From Candidatus Obscuribacterales bacterium (GTDB taxonomy: Bacteria > Cyanobacteriota > Vampirovibrionia > Obscuribacterales > Obscuribacteraceae), in NCBI GenBank assembly GCA_965228855.1, contig CBDDIJ010000003.1, positions 3,168,001 through 3,232,000 of the forward strand: a stretch of DNA of 64,000 bases, given 5' to 3'. Each line of letters opens with the position of its first letter. The stretch's first letter is position 1. The notes below the pieces were generated by a model. That model saw only the letters and a list, made by a program, of their open reading frames with translations, did not search any database and had not been told where the DNA came from. The position numbers and the translations under genes are program-made. Positions 20,460-31,329 of this stretch are shown here, in pieces.

Positions 20460-22496
20460 TTAATCTGTTGCTTTTCTCGGGCTTCGCTTCGGCAAATATA
20501 AATACCCAAGGTCCTCCTCAATAATGACTTTCGGAGTGCCGTCTCCGAGCGTTCGAAGTTCGTCGTAAACCTTTTGCGCCTCGGTTTCCTGACCTGCTTT
20601 CGATAAAGCGTCCGCGTAGCTCTCCATCGTCGAGCGCAGCAAGTCTTGGTCTGGCTCTTTCATTTTGCGCACGCCATTTATCGCGCGTCGCAGTTGGTCT
20701 GCGGCGGTTTTGTACCGTCCGGCAAGTGACAAAGCACGTCCTGCATCTATCTGTTGCGCAGTCGTCTCAACATCGGCCTCCCCAAGATTCTTTGCCTTGA
20801 TATCGCTTGAGGCAAGGTACATCTTGCCAGCAGCATCATAGTTTCCCCGTCGCTCGAGTTTTTTGCCAGTCTCTGAAAGTCGCTTGGCGAGCGAGATACA
20901 TTCAAGCTGCATGATTCTGTGAGAAGCCTGCTGCTTTAAATCGGCGACCGCGATCTGAAGTTTTTTGTCAGGCTGCTCTTTTAAATCAGCTTCGATTCTC
21001 GAACAAAGGAGAAACTTCGCTCGTGCCGACGGCTCACTTTCAGCTCTCGCCTGAGTGATGAACTCGACGGCCTTCTTCATCGAAGCGTAGAACTCTTGCT
21101 TCTCGCCAATAGTGCGCTGAACTTCCGCAACTGCCACCGCGTTAAATGCAGCACCGATTTTATCGATGGGCATACTATTAACCCACTGTTCGCAGAATCG
21201 CTGAGCAAGTTTTGCTTCTCCGACTTTGATTAATGCCTCCGCAACCATAACTCTGGAGATGGTTTGATCTCGAACCGTGAAAATGTCGGTTGCCGCCATC
21301 CTGAGGGATCTTCCGGATGTGGTTTCCGACGAAATGTCATTGGTCGAAAGAAGCTCTGACTCATGGTCCTTGAAGAGTCGAACAACGTCATCGCGTTTTC
21401 CTAAAGACGCATAGGTGTCCATCGCAGACGAAACCCATAAAGAGGAGAAGTAGTGTTCGAGACCTATTTCGATTGCTGGAAGTCGGTCCTGCAGGTTTTC
21501 GGATGCAAATTTGAGGAGCTTCTGAGTAATAAAAGCAATCGGCATCTGAGCGAGCCCAAACTCGTTTCTACTGAGCCAATCATCAGTGTCTCTGTGCTTT
21601 GCAAGAAGTTCGGCGGCCTCTTTTAACTGCCCCTGCACATTGGACGTTTCGCCTAGCCGCTCTTCGATTGACGCAACCTTCACTAAGTCTAGAGCATAGC
21701 CAATGAAATTTTCAGATGGTTGCTCGATTGCAAGTGAGTCGCGATAGTGCTGCATAGCACTCTTTAAGAAAGCGGTCGATTCAGACTCCGTCGCCAATGG
21801 TGTGAACTTGCGTTTTTCCGATAGCTGCTCAATCGCTTGTTTGAGTTTGAATGCTGAACTTCTATCCATATCCGGCAAGTTAAGCTCGAGAGTAATTCTT
21901 TCGTTTCTCGACGGCTTTCTAAAACGATGCTTCAGAAAGGCGCGCCGAGCAACCGGTATTTTATCGTCGAGCAACTCCAGGTCAGCTCGGCTCAAAAGTA
22001 TCTCGACATCAGCAAGCCTCGACAAACTGCGAGCGTAGAGCCTCTTATACTCCGGTCTGGCTTTCAAATCATCGGCGATACTAGACCACCATCGGCGCGC
22101 TGATATCAAGTCATCATTCGCTTCTTCATTCGCGGCAGTATCAATTGCGCATTGAAGAGAAGGCTCTTTGTGAGCGGCGTATCGGTCCAAAACCATGCTC
22201 CGCTGAAGAGAACGCGTCTGCTGAACCACGGCACCCGCGTGATCACCGTATTCGAGTCCGCGAAAATTGCGAATGGTGGTGGGTGAAACAGTTGGATTCG
22301 CGGGACCGCGCTCCAAGTCTTTGATACCACCGTTTAAAACATCATGATATTCAGCATAGTCAGGACAAGCTCCGTGCTCGTGTTCGGCCCAAGCAGTTTG
22401 CCTTTCACTGCACCAGAACCCAAAAACCGCAACTACTGTCACAGCAAAGCGAAATATCGCAGTTGGCAGTTTCCCCGACGACATAAATTTCTCCAC
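20460..22496 (-). CDS. Secreted helical / TPR-like hypothetical protein
   Basis: 678-aa ORF with signal peptide and C-terminal TPR-like helices. Confidence 0.7.
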   Translation of the reverse strand: MEKFMSSGKLPTAIFRFAVTVVAVFGFWCSERQTAWAEHEHGACPDYAEYHDVLNGGIKDLERGPANPTVSPTTIRNFRGLEYGDHAGAVVQQTRSLQRSMVLDRYAAHKEPSLQCAIDTAANEEANDDLISARRWWSSIADDLKARPEYKRLYARSLSRLADVEILLSRADLELLDDKIPVARRAFLKHRFRKPSRNERITLELNLPDMDRSSAFKLKQAIEQLSEKRKFTPLATESESTAFLKSAMQHYRDSLAIEQPSENFIGYALDLVKVASIEERLGETSNVQGQLKEAAELLAKHRDTDDWLSRNEFGLAQMPIAFITQKLLKFASENLQDRLPAIEIGLEHYFSSLWVSSAMDTYASLGKRDDVVRLFKDHESELLSTNDISSETTSGRSLRMAATDIFTVRDQTISRVMVAEALIKVGEAKLAQRFCEQWVNSMPIDKIGAAFNAVAVAEVQRTIGEKQEFYASMKKAVEFITQARAESEPSARAKFLLCSRIEADLKEQPDKKLQIAVADLKQQASHRIMQLECISLAKRLSETGKKLERRGNYDAAGKMYLASSDIKAKNLGEADVETTAQQIDAGRALSLAGRYKTAADQLRRAINGVRKMKEPDQDLLRSTMESYADALSKAGQETEAQKVYDELRTLGDGTPKVIIEEDLGYLYLPKRSPRKATD

Positions 22497-22648
22497 GCCT
22501 TTTAGCCATTATATATAAAACTGATTTTGCTCGCTCGCAGTTCCGCTTTTGAAACTGCAAAGGTAAGCAGGGCTTCTAAAACGGGGCGGATTATCGGAAA
22601 AGAATCGGCCTGTGCAGAACCGCCTGAAACAAAATCAGTCTGGTCCAA

Positions 22649-23452
22649 TTAGGCTGGCAGCGGCACGTTGTTGTTTTGTTTATGCACGATATTTTGGAGG
22701 TAGAAAGGCACCATTTCTGACGGCGTCCCATCGCCGACTATCTCTCCCTTGTGCATTACGATTGCACGATTGCAGACTTGATTGACCATCTTCAAATTGT
22801 GCGAGACGAACAAAACAAGATTCGCGCTGTCGATTAGTTCGACCATTCGCGTAATCGCCTTCTCTACAAAACGCTCATCGCCAGTAGAAAAGACCTCGTC
22901 AATCAACAAAATCTCAGGTCGAATTGCAGTCGCGATGGAGAAGGCCAACCTTGCCACCATTCCAGACGAATAATATTTCACCGGCATATCGATAAACTCT
23001 TCTAGTTCTGCAAATTGAATAATGTCGTGTTCCAAACCACGAAGAAGCGCGACTGGTCTGCCTAGCATGACCCAATTGACGAGTATGTTTTCACGTCCGG
23101 TAAGCTGAATGTCAAAACTCGTTCCCAGTTCAATTAGCGGTGTTGTAGAACCGACTATTTCTACAGTTCCGGTTTGAGGAACATAAATTCCACTGATTGT
23201 TTTCAACAGTGTAGATTTTCCGGCGCCATTGAGCCCGATCACACCAACGACCTCGCCGCTTCCGACATTCAAACTCAAATTGTTCAGTGCATTGAACTTC
23301 AATTGCGTCTGGCGCGGTTCTCGCTTCAAACTAACAGTGTTTAAAAACCATTCCTTAATACTGGCGGAACAGTTGCCGTACATGGAGAACTGCAACGTCG
23401 CATCGGCAAGGCGCACGTTTGGTTTCACAGGAGTAGAGAACGGCTTATTCAT
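22649..23452 (-). CDS. wzt: Polysaccharide ABC exporter ATP-binding subunit (Wzt/TagH type)
   Basis: GLNGAGKST, YSSGMVARLAF, LLIDEV, VSHN. Confidence 0.9.
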   Translation of the reverse strand: MNKPFSTPVKPNVRLADATLQFSMYGNCSASIKEWFLNTVSLKREPRQTQLKFNALNNLSLNVGSGEVVGVIGLNGAGKSTLLKTISGIYVPQTGTVEIVGSTTPLIELGTSFDIQLTGRENILVNWVMLGRPVALLRGLEHDIIQFAELEEFIDMPVKYYSSGMVARLAFSIATAIRPEILLIDEVFSTGDERFVEKAITRMVELIDSANLVLFVSHNLKMVNQVCNRAIVMHKGEIVGDGTPSEMVPFYLQNIVHKQNNNVPLPA

Positions 23453-23455
23453 GGC

Positions 23456-24298
23456 TCACAGGCGATAGATGATATCGCGCTCCCTCCACAAATATGTTGC
23501 GACGCCTAAAACAAGTGCCACCGCTGCTAGTGCCCAAGCTGTGCACCACTCATTGGCGGTTGGGTATCGACCGTCGCTAATCACGACTCGAACAACATTT
23601 ATCAAGTGATAAAACGGGTTCAAATGATACCACTGGCGCAGGTGCTCAGGCACGGCGTTAAGGGGATACAAGATGGGTGTGAGGTAAAACAAGCCACCAA
23701 GAGCGACACCAATTATGTGAGCGATATCACGAAAATACACGGTCAGTACAGACAGGAAAATCGTGATAGCAAGCGTACAAACTACAACCGGCAATACAGC
23801 AATCGGGAGAGCCAGAGCAGAGGCGTGAAACGGCAGTCCAAGAGCGAACCCGAAGACAGCCAGAGCGATCAAGCTCAGAACGAAATTCGATGTTTCGGTC
23901 AAACCTAAGACCAGCGGGAATACAACCTTAGAAACGGGCAGTTTCTTCAACAACGACTCCGCTTCGACGATTGAACCACAACCAGCAATCATTGTGGAAC
24001 TCATGTAAGACCACGGCAGCAAGCCGCTAAAGATGTAGAGCGCAAAATCACGCGGATCGCGTTTGAAGAAAACAGAGAAGACCATCGTCATAATGGTCAT
24101 CATCAAAAGTGGGTTTAACAGACTCCACACAAAGCCGAGGATAGAACGCTGATAGCGACGTTTCAAATTGTTTGCCACCAGCGTAGGCAAGCAGGCACGA
24201 TAACGCCAGAGGTTTTTCAGCTCGCGAGAAGCGCGCATGGTGAGCGGATCTCGATAGCCATGCGTTAGATATATTTCGGTCGTCACCGTCTGCGACAT
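23456..24298 (-). CDS. wzm: Polysaccharide ABC exporter permease (Wzm/TagG type)
   Basis: RYQRSILGFVWSLLNPL, RDIAH, FYLTPILYP, LNP; six TM helices; 3 bp from wzt. Confidence 0.9.
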   Translation of the reverse strand: MSQTVTTEIYLTHGYRDPLTMRASRELKNLWRYRACLPTLVANNLKRRYQRSILGFVWSLLNPLLMMTIMTMVFSVFFKRDPRDFALYIFSGLLPWSYMSSTMIAGCGSIVEAESLLKKLPVSKVVFPLVLGLTETSNFVLSLIALAVFGFALGLPFHASALALPIAVLPVVVCTLAITIFLSVLTVYFRDIAHIIGVALGGLFYLTPILYPLNAVPEHLRQWYHLNPFYHLINVVRVVISDGRYPTANEWCTAWALAAVALVLGVATYLWRERDIIYRL

Positions 24299-24491
24299 GC
24301 CAGCATTGTATATGCCACAGCAAATATCGGCGCATCAATGAATGCAAATCAATCTCAGAGAGCCGCATGCGCAGCTCGTTTATATACAGAGCAACACAAA
24401 CAGATATCCAGACAGATCACTTTCTCCGACGTGAGGTTTATTGCTCACCTCTCGTGATTTCGTTAGATTGAAAACTAACTCAAGTGGCAAC

Positions 24492-25304
24492 TTAGTCCGG
24501 CTTCAAGAATTCGAATTCAAAACCGCCGTCAGCCGGTTTCTCTTCCTCTGCCTTAACAGGCTTGCGAGCGTCCATTACACCGAGTAGATAGCTCGCCAGA
24601 GTCAAAATGCGAGCGGTTTCAACAAAGCTGAAAACGGAGTTTTGTTGTACGCTGCCATAGCGACCGAGAAATCCAGCAAGCAAGTCGCCGACGCCCTGGT
24701 TGTCGGTCAAGCTGGTTTCCTTGTCGATGAGAATGCCATCTTCCGGATCGAAAGCTTTGCGAACAAGCGCAACACCTGAATCGTTGATGTTGCCGGAGAC
24801 AGCCATCTTTACGGCATCTTCGACTTCTTTGACAGCGAGAACTATCGCCTCTCCAAAGTGGTGGCGCTCGAAAGGTTTCCAACAAATGTGATAAATCTGG
24901 GGATGCAACTGCGCCGCCATAAATTCACCGCACGGCGGTTCAGGAATCATTGGCAGCACCTTGTGGAGCCCGACCAGCCGATCCAGTTTTCCTTTTACGA
25001 CGTGAGGAAACTCGTCGCAATCACGCTCGAAATCATCCAATTTAAAGCTCGGTTCGAAATAAACGTTGGACGCAAAGTGCAATGCCGGTGCTTCGCCAGT
25101 AAAGCACTGCTTGAGAATGTTGCTGGTTTCCAGCGTCCATTCCCATTCCTGTTTTTTCAGCGCCTGCATGATTTCAGGACTGGCTGCACGCTCTTTGATT
25201 AGCTTCGCGCCCTTCTGCGCCGCCGCCTCGATTGAATGCTGCACCTTATCCCGCGGGATCGCGAGCGTCAACCCGAGAGCTGGGACAGCGGGAAGCTGAT
25301 TCAT
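24492..25304 (-). CDS. Protein with TIGR02391-like C-terminal domain
   Basis: LHPQI...HFGEAIVLAVKEVEDAVK...SGVALVRKAFDPEDGIL..QGVGDLLAG pattern. Confidence 0.65.
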   Translation of the reverse strand: MNQLPAVPALGLTLAIPRDKVQHSIEAAAQKGAKLIKERAASPEIMQALKKQEWEWTLETSNILKQCFTGEAPALHFASNVYFEPSFKLDDFERDCDEFPHVVKGKLDRLVGLHKVLPMIPEPPCGEFMAAQLHPQIYHICWKPFERHHFGEAIVLAVKEVEDAVKMAVSGNINDSGVALVRKAFDPEDGILIDKETSLTDNQGVGDLLAGFLGRYGSVQQNSVFSFVETARILTLASYLLGVMDARKPVKAEEEKPADGGFEFEFLKPD

Positions 25305-25409
25305 TTTTCTTACCTCGATTCAAAGAGTCGGTCGATCGAAGGGCTACCAGTGGAAACAGTTTATTTTACTGCTTTGAACATAACTATTGGTCATTGCTAA
25401 GGGAATCTT

Positions 25410-26591
25410 TCAGTTCGGTTTTACCGCAGGTTCGGCTCGATTTCCCGCGTAGGAGATTCGATAAATAGCGCCGCAGCGATCGTCGGAAACCAACATCGAA
25501 CCATCAGGCATCATGCAAAGATCAACGGGTCGTCCCCAGGCATCATCACCCTGATGAAAACCGCTCAGGAACGGCTCGTACTTGGTTGCTTTACCACTTT
25601 CCAGCGTTACCATCTGAATTCGATAACCGATTTTCTTATCGCGATTCCATGAACCATGCTCGGCGATAAAAACATTGCCTCTGTACTTTGCAGGAAACAT
25701 ATTGCCTGTGTAGAAGCGCATTCCCAATGATGCGACGTGAGGAGCAAGTGGCATCGCCGGCGGTGTAAACTTTAAACCTTTCGGCGCCTTTACCCCGAAC
25801 TCCGGGTCAGGAACATTGCTGCCGTATCGATAAGGAAAACCAAAGTGCATGCCCTTTTCAGGCGCACAATTCAATTCGTCCGGCGGTAAATTGTCGCCGA
25901 GATAATCGCGACCATTATCGGTAAACCAGAGCTGTTTAGTCTCAGGATGCCAGTCGAAGCCAACTGTATTTCTAATCCCCTTTGCAAAAATTTCCAGGTT
26001 GCTACCATCCGGCTTCATCCGCATCAGGGTACCGAAGCGCTCGTCGGGCTTCTCGCAAACATTACAGGGAGCGCCAACGCCAAAATACAACAGATCGTCG
26101 GGACCAAACCGAATATACCGATAACCGTGCCATTCGGCATTCGGCAATTTGTCGGTCACGATTTTGCTGGTAAACGCGCGAGCCCCCTTAGAATCCGCTG
26201 GCTTGCTAAGCTGACCTTCGATGTCATCGTATCTGGTAATTTTTGGAATTTCACCAATGTACAAAGCGCCATTCCGCACTGCGACGCCATTGGGGTGATT
26301 CAAATTCGATGCGACCGTTATCACTTCGTCAGCTTTGCCATCGCGATTCCGGTCAGGAAGAGCATATACGGTGTTTGGGATAATGCTGCCGACAAACAAA
26401 GTTCCTTTCTCATCTAGCACCATCTGGCGAGCCCCGGGCACTTTGTCAGAAAAGACGCTGATTTGAAACCCGGGCGGAAGCGTGAGGCGCTTTATCTGGG
26501 GCTGCGCAGATGTCTGCGGCACACAACCCGCAAGCAGAGCGAAAAGGGCAAGCAGGGCGGTCCCAACGTAGGACCGTTGTAGATTTCTCAT
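25410..26591 (-). CDS. Glucose/sorbosone dehydrogenase family beta-propeller lipoprotein
   Basis: Lipobox LAGC; GAPCNVC, GIRNTVGFDWHP, AEHGSWNR, GRPVD, VSDD. Confidence 0.9.
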   Translation of the reverse strand: MRNLQRSYVGTALLALFALLAGCVPQTSAQPQIKRLTLPPGFQISVFSDKVPGARQMVLDEKGTLFVGSIIPNTVYALPDRNRDGKADEVITVASNLNHPNGVAVRNGALYIGEIPKITRYDDIEGQLSKPADSKGARAFTSKIVTDKLPNAEWHGYRYIRFGPDDLLYFGVGAPCNVCEKPDERFGTLMRMKPDGSNLEIFAKGIRNTVGFDWHPETKQLWFTDNGRDYLGDNLPPDELNCAPEKGMHFGFPYRYGSNVPDPEFGVKAPKGLKFTPPAMPLAPHVASLGMRFYTGNMFPAKYRGNVFIAEHGSWNRDKKIGYRIQMVTLESGKATKYEPFLSGFHQGDDAWGRPVDLCMMPDGSMLVSDDRCGAIYRISYAGNRAEPAVKPN

Positions 26592-26693
26592 GTACGAGCT
26601 CCTTCGTAACGTGAGAAAGCATACCTTATATAATTGGTTCAGTAATAGGGCTCCGAATCGAACTGGGCGTTACCGCGCACCGGAAACAGAGAA

Positions 26694-28913
26694 ATGCCTC
26701 GAAAAACAATACCTGGCGGCGGTTGGCAAGCCATAAGATATACGCTTCGCAAGGCGCTGCAAGTTGGTCCCTGGCGCTTATGGCAGCGCATGCGCTCGCG
26801 CAACGCTTGCAAAACATGCGCGCTGGGCATGGGCGGCATGAAAGGCGGCATGGTCAACGAGGCCGGTCATTTTCCGGAAGTCTGCAAGAAAAGCCTTCAG
26901 GCGCAAGTCGCCGACATGATTGGTGCGCTGCCTGCGGATTACTTCGACAAAAATCCGCTCGACTCGCTGATGAAGCTCACGCCAAAGCAAGCTGAAGACG
27001 CTGGTCGCATCAGCTATCCGGTTATATTGGAACCTGGTGCGAGCAAGTTTCGGACAATTTCATGGAACGATGCTCTCACGCTCATAAGCGATCGATTGAA
27101 GGAAACACAGCCGGATGAAGCGGCTTTCTATGCGTCAGGCCGTTCTTCCAACGAAGCCGCGTTTTTGCTCCACTCATTCGCGCGCGTGTATGGCTCCAAC
27201 CACACGATGAATTGCTCCTACTATTGCCACCAGGCGTCCGGAGTTGGTTTGAAGATGGCATTTGGAACCGGCACCGCGACTGTCGATCTCGACGATATCG
27301 GTCGAGCGGATCTCGTCTTTCTTATCGGCGCCAATCCGGCGTCAAACCATCCGCGTTTGATGACGCAGTTGGCAAACCTGCGCGGTCGAGGCGGAGAAAT
27401 AATCGTCGTAAACCCGCTCCGCGAGTCGGGACTTGAAACATTTTTCGTCCCATCTCAAGTCAAATCAATGTTGATGGGTTCCAAAATAGCATCGCTCTTC
27501 GTTCAACCCAAAGTAGGTGGCGACATCGCTTTTCTCGTTGGAGTGTTGAAACAGCTGGACGAGCAAGGTTTAGTCAAACAGGATTTTATGGCACAGCACG
27601 CCGACGGACACAATGAAGTTCTAGAGCATGTACGCAGCGTCGATTGGCAGAGAATCACCGCTGATAGTGGCGTCGACCGTTCCACCATCAATGAAACAGC
27701 CACGAAGCTGGCGAATTCAAAAGCCGCAATTTTTGCGTGGGCCATGGGAATTACGCACCACCAGTGGGGCGTAGACAACGTACTTGCGCTGTGCAATCTT
27801 GCTGTTGCAAGCGGCCATATTGGTCGTCCCGGCGCGGGCATGATGCCTATCCGCGGACACTCAAACGTACAGGGCATAGGCTCCATCGGTTACTCCCCGG
27901 CGCTGCAAGATAGTATTCGTGAGGCTCTGGAACGCGCTTATGGCGGCGCGAAGTTACCCACGACTCCGGGGTACGACACCCACGCCATGATCGAAGCAGC
28001 CGATAACGGCAAACTGAAATTCTTGTTCAACCTTGGCGGCAACCTCTGGGGTTCAAATCCGGACAGCGACTGGGCTTCCAGAGCCATGCAAAAAGTCAAA
28101 ACCATGGTTTATCTCTCAACGAAGTTGAACCCGGGACATTTTTACGGACGCGGTCAAACGACCTTGATTCTTCCTGTTTTAGCCCGAGATGAAGAACCTC
28201 AGCCAACAACTCAAGAGTCAATGTTCAATTATGTTCGGATATCGGAAGGCGGCACCCCGAATGTCGAGGGGCTGATTCGCTCTGAGTCCGACATTATCTG
28301 CGATATTGCCGATCGAGTACTCTCTACTAAGCCTGTTGATTGGAAGAGACTCAAGGATCTCAGAGAGGTGCGAAAAATTATTGGAGAAATTATTCCAGGC
28401 TGGGATAAAATGCGCACCATAGACGATACCAAAGAAGAGTTCACAATCAGCGGTCGTATTTATCACACACCAGCGTTCAGTACAGCGACCGGCAAGGCCA
28501 GCATGATTAAAACACCGCTTCCCGACCTGGATCCGGACGAATTGATGCTGATGACCATTCGCTCCGAGGGACAATTCAACACCGTCGTTTACGAAGAATA
28601 TGACATTTATCGCGGCGTACCTCATCGATACTGCATCTTAATGGCGGCAGAAGACATCAAACGTTTAGGGCTCAAGGATGGGCAGCGCGTCACCGTGCGA
28701 GGAGAAGCAGGCTCCATGGACAATATCGAAGTTGTCGAAGGCCATATTCGTGCCGGTGTCGCAGCCATGTATTACCCTGAATCCAACGTTCTGATCAAAT
28801 CTAGAATTGATGTCCGTTCAAAAACTCCGGCGTTCAAGAGCGCGCCCATTCGGATTGAAATCAACAAAAGTTCTGGTTCTCAGAGCCAGACCTCCGCAAA
28901 GTCACTAAGTTGA
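26694..28913 (+). CDS. FdhF/YdeP family molybdopterin oxidoreductase
   Basis: CKTCALG, SGRSSNEAAF, NCSYYCHQAS, NPASNHPR, RGHSNVQG, RSEGQFNT, TPAFKS. Confidence 0.92.
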   Translation: MPRKTIPGGGWQAIRYTLRKALQVGPWRLWQRMRSRNACKTCALGMGGMKGGMVNEAGHFPEVCKKSLQAQVADMIGALPADYFDKNPLDSLMKLTPKQAEDAGRISYPVILEPGASKFRTISWNDALTLISDRLKETQPDEAAFYASGRSSNEAAFLLHSFARVYGSNHTMNCSYYCHQASGVGLKMAFGTGTATVDLDDIGRADLVFLIGANPASNHPRLMTQLANLRGRGGEIIVVNPLRESGLETFFVPSQVKSMLMGSKIASLFVQPKVGGDIAFLVGVLKQLDEQGLVKQDFMAQHADGHNEVLEHVRSVDWQRITADSGVDRSTINETATKLANSKAAIFAWAMGITHHQWGVDNVLALCNLAVASGHIGRPGAGMMPIRGHSNVQGIGSIGYSPALQDSIREALERAYGGAKLPTTPGYDTHAMIEAADNGKLKFLFNLGGNLWGSNPDSDWASRAMQKVKTMVYLSTKLNPGHFYGRGQTTLILPVLARDEEPQPTTQESMFNYVRISEGGTPNVEGLIRSESDIICDIADRVLSTKPVDWKRLKDLREVRKIIGEIIPGWDKMRTIDDTKEEFTISGRIYHTPAFSTATGKASMIKTPLPDLDPDELMLMTIRSEGQFNTVVYEEYDIYRGVPHRYCILMAAEDIKRLGLKDGQRVTVRGEAGSMDNIEVVEGHIRAGVAAMYYPESNVLIKSRIDVRSKTPAFKSAPIRIEINKSSGSQSQTSAKSLS

Positions 28914-28952
28914 CGATGCAAAAAAGCTTCCAACTTAGTCAGGAGAAAGACC

Positions 28953-29627
28953 TTGTCGACAGATGTTGAAAAACAAAACGCCGCCAGAGCTGCCGTTGAT
29001 TTGATTGAAGACGGCATGATAGTCGGGCTCGGCAGCGGCTCGACGTCGCTAATATTTGTGCGACTGCTCGGAGAGAGAGTCAAAAACGGTTTAAAGATAA
29101 AGGGAGTGCCGACGTCTGATGAAACCGCGATGGTTGCCCGAGAAGTCGGTATAGAGCTCGTTTCCCTAGACCAGGAAGTACACCCGGATCTCGACGTCGA
29201 TGGCGCAGACGAGGTCGACTCCAACTTGAACATGATCAAAGGCGGCGGTGGAAAACTTCTACGCGAAAAAATTGTCGCCTTTGCAGCGAAAGAAGTAATT
29301 ATCATGGTCGACTCGACGAAACTAGTGGAGAAGCTCGGCAAGTTCACAGTGCCAGTTGAGATCGTTCCTTTTTCCCAGCCTATAGTTGAAATCGCCATCG
29401 AAGATATCGGCGGCAAGCCCGTCTTACGAAAGGCAAAAGACGGTTCGACGTATATCACGGACGAGAAAAACTACATTCTCGACTGTGATTTCGGCTTGAT
29501 TGATGATGCAGAATCACTAGCTCGCAATTTGTCGAACACACCCGGAATCGTTGAACACGGACTGTTCATAAACCTCGCCGACCTTGTGCTTGTCGGAGAG
29601 AACGATGGTGTGCGCCAGATAATTTGA
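28953..29627 (+). CDS. rpiA: Ribose-5-phosphate isomerase A
   Basis: GLGSGST, DGADEVD, KGGGGKLLREKIV, GIVEHGLF. Confidence 0.96.
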   Translation: MSTDVEKQNAARAAVDLIEDGMIVGLGSGSTSLIFVRLLGERVKNGLKIKGVPTSDETAMVAREVGIELVSLDQEVHPDLDVDGADEVDSNLNMIKGGGGKLLREKIVAFAAKEVIIMVDSTKLVEKLGKFTVPVEIVPFSQPIVEIAIEDIGGKPVLRKAKDGSTYITDEKNYILDCDFGLIDDAESLARNLSNTPGIVEHGLFINLADLVLVGENDGVRQII

Positions 29628-29628
29628 A

Positions 29629-30378
29629 CTACTTGTTGCGCTGCTCTTTCTTCAACGCTTCGTCAGCTTCGCGGACACTCTTCTTGGCACGGCTTTCATC
29701 TTTCTTCGCCTCCGAATTCAACTTCTTGGAGGCTTTTTCCATGGTGACAATGTGGTCCTGCAACTGCTGCGCTGCTCGAGCAATGGCCATATTGTCATAA
29801 TCGGGTCCCTGTGTAACTTCTTTCAAAGCTTCGATGTCCTGCGGCAGGAGAGCCAGTGTGTCAGACAAGGTTTTCATCTCTGTCTTCGCCTGGTCGTTTG
29901 CGTCATCGGGCAACACAAGTGCCGTCACCTCAGTTTGAGTCATCTTCATCAGGTCATCGATTTGTGACATGAAGTAATCGAGAAATTTTTTGCGTGGCGG
30001 TTGAAATCCACCGGTCGAAATCATTCCGCTTGGATTCGGCATAGCTGGAATGATGATCGGTCCGATGACGTCAGGCTCTCCAACGACGACCATGTTGGAG
30101 CGTTGCACTTCAACAAAAATGTCGAAAGCAGATCTTTTCATGTGGTGCAAAGACTTGGTCAAGTCTTTGATACCAGTTTCCAGCGTGACGGCAACATCTT
30201 GAATCCGCCCTTCGATTGTCTTCTGCTTATTAAGCGCGGCGTCAGTTGCAGAGGAATCGGCAGAAGTCGTTGAATCCGCAGCAGATTCATCAGCATATGC
30301 AGAACCAGAAATACTGAAAACGAGTACAGCTGCTATAAACAAACTGTTTGCGCGATCAACTCTCACATTTACCTCCAA
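29629..30378 (-). CDS. Secreted helical hypothetical protein
   Basis: 249-aa ORF with signal peptide (SAYA-DE) and coiled-coil character. Confidence 0.7.
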   Translation of the reverse strand: MEVNVRVDRANSLFIAAVLVFSISGSAYADESAADSTTSADSSATDAALNKQKTIEGRIQDVAVTLETGIKDLTKSLHHMKRSAFDIFVEVQRSNMVVVGEPDVIGPIIIPAMPNPSGMISTGGFQPPRKKFLDYFMSQIDDLMKMTQTEVTALVLPDDANDQAKTEMKTLSDTLALLPQDIEALKEVTQGPDYDNMAIARAAQQLQDHIVTMEKASKKLNSEAKKDESRAKKSVREADEALKKEQRNK

Positions 30379-30433
30379 TCGGCGGGAGCAGTAAACTTGA
30401 CTCCGTCGTCACCGCCGCCTACTGCATCTGATT

Positions 30434-31321
30434 TTAGTGCTCTTGGCTAGATTTGTCATTTTCGCCAGGCTCGTTGTCAACGGTCGGCGAAACCTCCTGG
30501 ACGCTCTCCTCATCGGGAAAATCTATTGTTTCACCGATTTCCGCCTCTTGCTGCAAGGTCAGATTCGATATCTCGCCAGGCGCTTGATCATCCTCAAGCT
30601 GTTCATCGTATCCCATCTTTTCGTCCCAATCCAATGAGCCAGCTGGGGAAGTGACAGCTGAATATGGAAACGGTAGTTCCGCCGCCGGCGTTTTATCCAG
30701 AAGAATTCTGTACGCCTGCGTGATTGCTAGTTCCGAAAACATATGGGCCGGAATGATTCCCACAACGAATGCAAGAGGTGCAAATAGTTTCAAAATTCCA
30801 AGAATCAGGTTCAAAAAGAACAATTCCCACATAGCACCGGATGTGATGGCAGCACTGGCTTTCAGTGCACCGATTGGGCCGAGCTTATGTTCTGCCATGA
30901 AGTACGGGTAAAACATGAACATGATACTAAATATGATGCCAGGTACAATAAGAAAGCAGAGTCCAAACGTCACCACCCACCAATAAAAGATCGTGGCAGC
31001 GAGGTACGGAAAGAAACTCTTAGCAGCGCCCCACAGGTCGTCAGAACTGACCGGCTTGCCGCGCACAATTAGAATCTGAACGTTTATTCGTCCGAGCGAA
31101 CCAGCGATCACATGGACGACGGAACCGAGAAGCGAGAAGAGTAACGTAAGCGCCCACCAATCCGGATTCATGTTGGTGACTGTTCCTGCGAGCATCGGCA
31201 AAACAGACAAGAAACTCGCAAGAGACCAAAGACCTAAATATGGCCAGAAGTTTTCGAGCAGATTTGCCCACGCGGCAGAGACCGCGTCATCGAGTGAAAA
31301 TTTCTGTTCCTTCTCCGTCAT
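30434..31321 (-). CDS. Integral membrane protein (DUF975-like) with acidic tail
   Basis: Several TM helices, LIVPGIIFSIMFMFYPY...ALKASAAIT.G..W pattern. Confidence 0.7.
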   Translation of the reverse strand: MTEKEQKFSLDDAVSAAWANLLENFWPYLGLWSLASFLSVLPMLAGTVTNMNPDWWALTLLFSLLGSVVHVIAGSLGRINVQILIVRGKPVSSDDLWGAAKSFFPYLAATIFYWWVVTFGLCFLIVPGIIFSIMFMFYPYFMAEHKLGPIGALKASAAITSGAMWELFFLNLILGILKLFAPLAFVVGIIPAHMFSELAITQAYRILLDKTPAAELPFPYSAVTSPAGSLDWDEKMGYDEQLEDDQAPGEISNLTLQQEAEIGETIDFPDEESVQEVSPTVDNEPGENDKSSQEH

Positions 31322-31329
31322 TTAAATTT

